Translations under genes and position numbers: made by a program
Notes under the pieces: model-generated
Database searches by the model: none
Told to the model about the DNA's origin: nothing
Seen by the model: the letters and a program-made list of their open reading frames with translations, nothing else
From: the human T2T-CHM13v2.0 reference genome, Homo sapiens
Strand: one strand, 5' to 3'
Assembly (NCBI RefSeq): GCF_009914755.1
Contig: NC_060929.1
Length of the DNA: 64,000 nt
Shown here: in pieces, positions 57,444 to 64,000 of the stretch
How positions within the stretch are numbered: position 1 is the stretch's first letter
How the letters are laid out: each line of letters opens with the position of its first letter

Positions 57444-58281
57444 GTAGGTAAGATGGGGTTGAAATTGTTTCCTTGAAACTTAGTTGAAGAAACTTTTCCT
57501 GTAAAGGATATGGGCATGTGTTATTTTTTTATCAGGCTTAAGTGTGGCATATTTTATTGAATTTCATATTTTTCATAAAGATAAATCATTTAGAGCAGTG
57601 TTTTACATTAAAATTAATATATTATGGTATATGTATAAATTCTGCATGAAGTCTAAAGATAAAACATGAGAACTCAAAAACTATATAAACTGCTATTAGC
57701 TTTATTTGTCAGTATCTAAGTCTTCCTGCTATCCTCTCAGTAGGATACTTTAGAAAGAAAATGTATGAAAATAATTGGATTAAGGGAAGTGCCACAGAAA
57801 GGGAAAAATTTGACATTAAGCAATCTAATTAACAGTAGAAAGCATTTTTAAAAAATACTTGGTATATGAGACAATGGAAAACCTCTTCATTTACAAATTC
57901 CACTGTAAATATAAAAGTACATGCAAAAGTTCAAGCATATTAAACTAATGGCAAATTATATCTTGAAAAATTGGAAAGTTTTATAAAATTTTGTAGCTAT
58001 AAAACTAAACTCTTATATTTTGATAGCAGCTTAAGAAATCTATATACTACCACAATATTTATTTTGAGGTAATAATATTTGTAACACAATCTTCATTGTC
58101 TTAAATAATAATATAATTATATGTGAACTAATTCTGTGTATTATTACAATAACAGATTTATTAACAATTTTATAATAAATGATTTTTTCTTCTATAATGA
58201 TAGGAATAGCCTTTTCTAAGCATATAAACATTGCCAATCATCCTCATCCAAAGTTTTTACTGTTGTTTTACTCTTAAACAG

Positions 58282-58349
58282 CCATCCAAAAAATCCTGCA
58301 ACCAGTAGCAAATTATATTACACATTGGACACATCCTAAATGATGCAAG
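58282..58349 (+). other. Candidate exon B (68 nt)
   Basis: Acceptor TTGTTTTACTCTTAAACAG| and donor AAG|GTAATA. Confidence 0.45.
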
Positions 58350-59555
58350 GTAATAACAAAAATTTACCTGTTTTCAATCATGTTCTTCCCCTGGTTAAAT
58401 GCTATTTGAAATATTTTTAATTCTTTGTATCTTTTTTGCAACATGTAACTAATGAAAAAATGTTGTTTATTAGACAATTTCAGCCTCAGAACATGCAAAA
58501 CCACGACACACTGGTATGGTCAAACCAGGCTCTTCACTCTCCATTCAACTTGACATTTGCATTTCTTCTCCTTCAGCCTCTATAATTATATTGTTGTTTA
58601 TTTAACATACCTTTTTTCTAATCTCTACTCACAGTGACATCCTAAAATGTCACTTGAAAGTCTATGTTGACAGAAGAATTCCTCTCTTTAAATTCTGGGA
58701 AGCTATTTTTTGGGAACCTATTATGTCTCAAATGCTATGTACAATTAGAGTTGCTTCAGTTCCAGAATATTCAGTTTTGCCATGCAATTCATTGATTAAT
58801 TGCAGAATTAGCTATATCCTTTTGTGTGTTATTTGGTTTACAGATTCAAACTCTGTATATAGTAAACTTCTTATGGGAAGAAATCATTTCTCAAACTAAT
58901 ATGAGTGTAATAGTTAAAAAAGAAACAATTTATACATTTTTAATTTAATAAACATTTATTTATCATTAATCTTGAACAGGATTTTCTGATAGATTATTTT
59001 AAGGTCTAGAGCGAGAAATGTGGGCGAAAGATAAAGCAAGCTTCATATACAATTATAACATAATTTGTTCTGCACGTGACATATAAAAAAATACAAAATA
59101 CAGGAGTCCAAAGAGGAGACTCTTATTTGGTTTGATGTATTAGGAAATTTAAAGGTAGTTTTTAAGATGAATAGACTTTTCAAGCTATAAAGATGTGGTT
59201 AACTATAAGGGGCTAAAGACAGAGCAGAAAAATAGTCATACACAAGAAAGTAAAATATATTGAATGATTTTGCTAATTATTTGAGTTAGAAATTATTGGA
59301 AACAAACATTGTAGACTATTACAGACAGGGGGCAATAAAGATCTTAAATATGACGACTATTACAAAAAATGGAAGATGAGAGCCAGCGTATATTTCAAAT
59401 ATTGAATAACACATGACAACTGATATGCAAATAATTCAGAGGGAGAAATCAACATTTTTAAGACTTGTGAAATGGAAGATTTTTGGTGTGATTAAGTCAA
59501 GGAGAAAAGTCAGAGGAAAATGGGCAGGTAATAGTGGATGAGGAGAACATCTAAA

Positions 59556-60900
59556 TCAGTGGGGTTCTTAACATTGTCTGCACATCATCTGTGACATTTT
59601 TAAAACCACTAGTGACTCGATTGCACCCACTGAAATTCTCATGTAATGTGTCTAGAGTGTGTCATGGGCATAGGTATTAAAAAAAAACTCTCTAGGAAAC
59701 TCTTTTATTAAGCTAGGAAAGTTCTGATCTAGATTCTGTCCACTTACCAAAGAAATTCACAAGCCAGTAACATCCACTTTATCTGGAAACTTAATAGAAA
59801 TCCAGATTTTTAGTCTCTATCGCAGAATACCTGAATTAGAATCTGCAGTTTAAATGCTTCCTCAAGTGATTTAACTTTTTAGTACTGCTTACCTTGAACA
59901 TGCTAGGATTATCTGTGGTGCTTTTAGAAAACAACTACCTAGTTCCTGTAACACAAGAACAGAAAACCAAACACCGCATGTTCTCACGCATAAGTGGGAT
60001 TGAACAATGAGAACATATGGACACAGGGAGGGGAACAAGACACACCAGGGACTGTCGGGGGTGGGGGCCAAGGGGAGGGAGAACATTTAAGCAAATACCT
60101 AAGGCATGTGGGGCTTAAAACCTAGATGATGAGTTGATAGGTGCAGCAAACCACCATGGCACAGGTATACTTATGTAACAAACCTACACATTCTGCACAT
60201 GTATCCCAGAACTTAAAGTAAAATAAATTTTAAAAAAAATGTAAAAAAAGGGGGACAAAGGGCACTAGGCAGTTAATTAGCACAAATAAAATACACATTG
60301 CCAATAAACAGAAGAAATATTTAACAACAACATAAAGAGCAAATCCAAGACATATTTTTACTCTGAAAAGAATTAAGTATGGTAATAAAATATAAAGAAG
60401 ACTTCATTGTTGCTAATAAAACTATATAATATGTCCAGAGTAATTATCTGATGATGATAAACAAAGCTATTTATTTTAACAGAAATTTTCTAACTTGATT
60501 TTTTTTTTTTTATTTTAAGAGAATGACCCTATATAGGGTTAGGGTTAGGGTTATGAAGAAAGAGTTCACTTATGCTTGGACATGATATACATGATATGGT
60601 AAAATAAGTATTTTGGAAAAAAATACTCATATTGACACATAACTAAGTTTGGCAGGAATGTTTCATCAGCCTTCATTTTCTTTTTAAGCTGTCATAGTTT
60701 TCTTTCTGTTAAACCTAAAAAACGACATCAAATAAAGATAATGAATTATTCATTGAAAAAATTAAAAAAAGAAAACAACCACTTGTAGGCCCCACCCACA
60801 GAAATGCTGATTTAATTAGCATAGGGTAGGGCCAAAGCACTGGGTATTCTTTTAAACCACCACCAGAAAATACAAATATGAGCCAAGTTTGAGAGCTACA
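59556..60900. mobile_element. MER5-like DNA transposon fragments, one split by an L1 insertion
   Basis: CAGTGGGGTTCTTAAC at 59557; MER5-like halves at ~59900-59940 and 60785-60900. Confidence 0.55.
59941..60769 (+). mobile_element. 5'-truncated L1PA (PA7/8-like) 3' end plus ~500-bp 3' transduction
   Basis: L1 3' end at 59949-60250, unique sequence, AATAAA at 60731, second A-tail at 60756-60769, and a 15-bp TSD AGAAAACAAC(T/C)AC(C/T)T. Confidence 0.8.
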
Positions 60901-62449
60901 GGTAGAGAAAGAATGGTGTTAACTATACATCCAAAAGTCCGACTCCCTAGGCAGTTTTCTTTTTCTTTCATTGTTTATAACAGCATTCATATGTAACTAG
61001 AAGAAGAAAGAGAAATGTTTTCTTTCTCTAAATGTATTGCAAGATAGAAGAGTATTTAATGAGAAGCCACAGAAATATTTTATGTGACTGTAATTTTAGC
61101 TGTATTTGAATCAGTTTGAAATAAAATGGAAGCGTAAAGTTGTACAAAAAAGATCTCCCAGAAAGCACAATAAATATCCATACCATCAATATACAATAAT
61201 CTACTGAGAGTTCAGGTAAACTTTTTAGGCATCTCTGGTTTTTTTCTTTTGAACTGATATGGATAGCAACCCTGTTTCAAGGGACTTTATAATGACAGCC
61301 AATGTGAATTGTTGCCACACTCAATTTGCAAGGGCAGAGTTTCAAGCTAGAATAATTGCCTATTCCACTCCAGAGATGGGATGCTGACTGCTTCATTACC
61401 AGCTGGATGAACCAGGGCATGAGCAATTTCAGACAGTGTGAACCATGCTCCTTTACACTACCCATGGGCACTAGTTCCCAAATCTACTTACTCTCTGTCC
61501 CCAGGAGACAACAGACACATTTTGCTTGCTGAAAGGTGCTCTTGATGGGGCTAAAAGAGATGTGCAAATGCACCTGTGTTTGCTCTGACATCATTCTACA
61601 AAGTGAATCATTAACCATGTTGGAATAGCAGATAGACTCGCATTGGGGAATCAGTCATTGGGGTTCTTCCATTTTTAATTGTTTTCCACCCGAGTTTATC
61701 TTACTTCTGAGGCAAAAGGATGGGCAATTATATAATCTATTATTAAACAGATTGCATAGTAATATTGGGATATAGCAGGCCAATAAATATGACTAAGAAG
61801 GTTTAACTCACTATTTAGTATCTTGTGATTCCAGGTAGTTCTATAAGAACTACTAAGAAGAGCTGATAAGCCTGGGGAAATAATTGCTTTAAAAAAGTAT
61901 CTGCATTTACAATTTTGCATAGTTGATATAAACTGTTATGAGAATGATTTTAGGGGACAACTTTTTTTTGCTCAATTTAAATTACTTATAATAGGCCAAG
62001 TGTGGTACTTAAATAACCAAACCTCTTTAAAAATCAATATTTTTTTCGTTTTGAGTTAGAGCAAACATTGCTTGCACCACAAGCCAATGTCAGATTTTTT
62101 TTAAGTGCATTATTAAGTACAGCTTTAAACCAGAATTGGGCATGTACATCAGTTTTCAGTACGGCAGAAACTATGATGGAAATATTGGTAAGAATGAAAT
62201 TGAAGTAATCATACTCAATCTATTTGTTGTCTTATTAATTTGGAATTACTTGATATTTTATCTATCTATAAACATATGTGCATATAAAATATGGATGTAA
62301 AGTATAAACAAATAAAAATTTAAAAATATTTATGTCTATCACCAAAATTAGAAATACAACATTCTCAACTTTCCTAAGTCTCTGAATGTCTTCTTCATCC
62401 CTCATCCTTATACTGCCTAGACATAAATGGGTTTTTGAATTTTCCATAC

Positions 62450-63750
62450 TATTTTAACAGCTATATTAAGATATTTACACAGCAGGCAATTCACCCATTT
62501 AAAGTCTACAGCTCAATGGTTTGTAGCATATTCACTGATATGTTCTACTATCACTACAGTCAAATTTAGAACATTTTTTATCACCCTGAAAAGGAACCTC
62601 ATAGCAACTAGCAATATTCCTTATTCTAGCTCCCTAGTTGCCACTCCAGATAACCACCAATCTACATTTTTTTTGAGATGGAGTCTCTTTCTGTCGCCTG
62701 GGCTAGAGTATAGTGGTGCGATCTCGGCTCACTGCAATCTCTGCCTCCCAGGCTCAAGCGATTTTCCGTGTCTCAGTCTCCTAAGTAGCTGGGATTACAG
62801 GCATGTGTCACCACGCCTGGCTAATTTTTACAGTATTTTTTTTAGAAACAGGATTTCACTACGTTGGCCAGGCTGGTCTCAAACTCCTGACCTCAGGTGA
62901 TCTGCCCACTAGGGCTTCCCAAAATGCTGGGATTACAGGTGTGAGCCACCACACCTGGCCCACCAATCTAATTTGGTGTCTATATATTTGCCTATTCTGT
63001 ATATATCAGATAAATGAAACTATAGACTATGTGATACTTTTGTGACTGACTTTTCACTTAGCATAAATGTTTTCAAGGTTCATCTATTTTGAAGAATTTG
63101 TCAGTACTTCATTTATTTTTGTGGCCAAATAATATTAGATTGTATGAATTTACCACAGTTTATCAATTTATCTGCTGATAAATATTTAGGTTCTTTCTAC
63201 TTTTCTCTATCACTACTATGCTAAAAATGTTTGTATAGAAGTTTCTTCATGGGCATATGTTTTTATTTTGGGGGGGGTACATACCTAGGAGTTAAATTGC
63301 TAGGACAAATGGTAGCTCTATATTTAATCATTTGAGCTTATTTTTCATAGTGGCTGCACCATTTTATATTCTTAAAAGTATCGTAAGAGGATTTTAATTT
63401 CCCCACATCCTCACCAATACTTGCCATACTCTGATTTTTTGATTCTAGCCATTCTAGTGTGTGTGAAGTGGTACCTCATTGAGGTTTTGGTTTGCATTTC
63501 CCTGTTGACCAATGACATTGAACAACTTTCTTGTCTTCATCAGCCATTTATGTATCTTCTTGGGAAAATTTTCTCTTTACCTTTTCTGCACATTTTTAAA
63601 TTGAGTTAGTTGACTTTTAATATATTCAGTTGCAAAAATTTTTATACATTCTGAATATAAATTATTTATTAGAATCATGATTTTCTAATATATTCTCCCA
63701 TTCTGTAGGTTATCTTTACATTTTCTTCATGGTGTCCATTGAGGGACAAA
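62450..63750 (-). mobile_element. Old L1M (MA/MB-like) 3' fragment
   Basis: CAATTCACCCATTTAAAG...TTCAAGGTTCATC...GGCTGCACCATTTTATATTC...TGCATTTCCCTG motifs. Confidence 0.75.
62667..62960 (-). mobile_element. Alu (AluSx/Sz-like)
   Basis: Reverse dimer; TSD CACCAATCTA. Confidence 0.92.
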
Positions 63751-64000
63751 AGTGCTTATTGCTATGTACTTGTTCATTTGTCTAGTGACGGGCTGGATTA
63801 TTTTAGTAAGGTCTCTATTCAGGCTACTGTGTTAAGCATCTGATGTTGCTCCTTAGGGAAGCAAAGTCTTGGATATGCCCACAGTCACTATAGCAGAATA
63901 GTGGTTTTGGTAGAACTCTCTTCTTTAACCATAGGCAGATGGCTAGCCCCACCAACTGCTGCCTATTGTTCAGTTGATTTCAACAATGCTCTGGGACATA

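Overview
This is eukaryotic, gene-poor, repeat-dense primate DNA. It is probably hominid (human or great ape), judging from an L1PA2-type LINE, AluY and LTR7/HERV-H. I recognise no intact cellular protein-coding gene, RNA gene or CRISPR array; nearly all listed ORFs are retroelement fragments or their antisense shadows. Main content: (i) a decayed HERV-W/HERV9-related ERV1 provirus with no recognisable 5' LTR (~0.6-13.8 kb), whose 3' LTR is split by (ii) a + strand HERV-H provirus (8116-13721); (iii) a solo LTR7 (16155-16607); (iv) a near full-length L1PB carrying MER41A and LTR8 insertions; (v) a second, - strand HERV-H (40045-46883) facing the first; (vi) a full-length L1PA2 (50734-56783) with dead ORF1/ORF2 but an intact antisense ORF0, followed by exon-like segments. 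The most notable signals are an apparent gene-conversion tract between the two inverted HERV-H copies, a mosaic (G-to-A hypermutated versus unedited) second HERV-H, a candidate L1 antisense-promoter/ORF0 chimeric transcript, an L1 3' transduction, and two templated local duplications anchored on one TA-rich tract. Repeat subfamily names come from recalled consensus sequences and difference counts were made by eye; both need RepeatMasker/Dfam and alignment confirmation.
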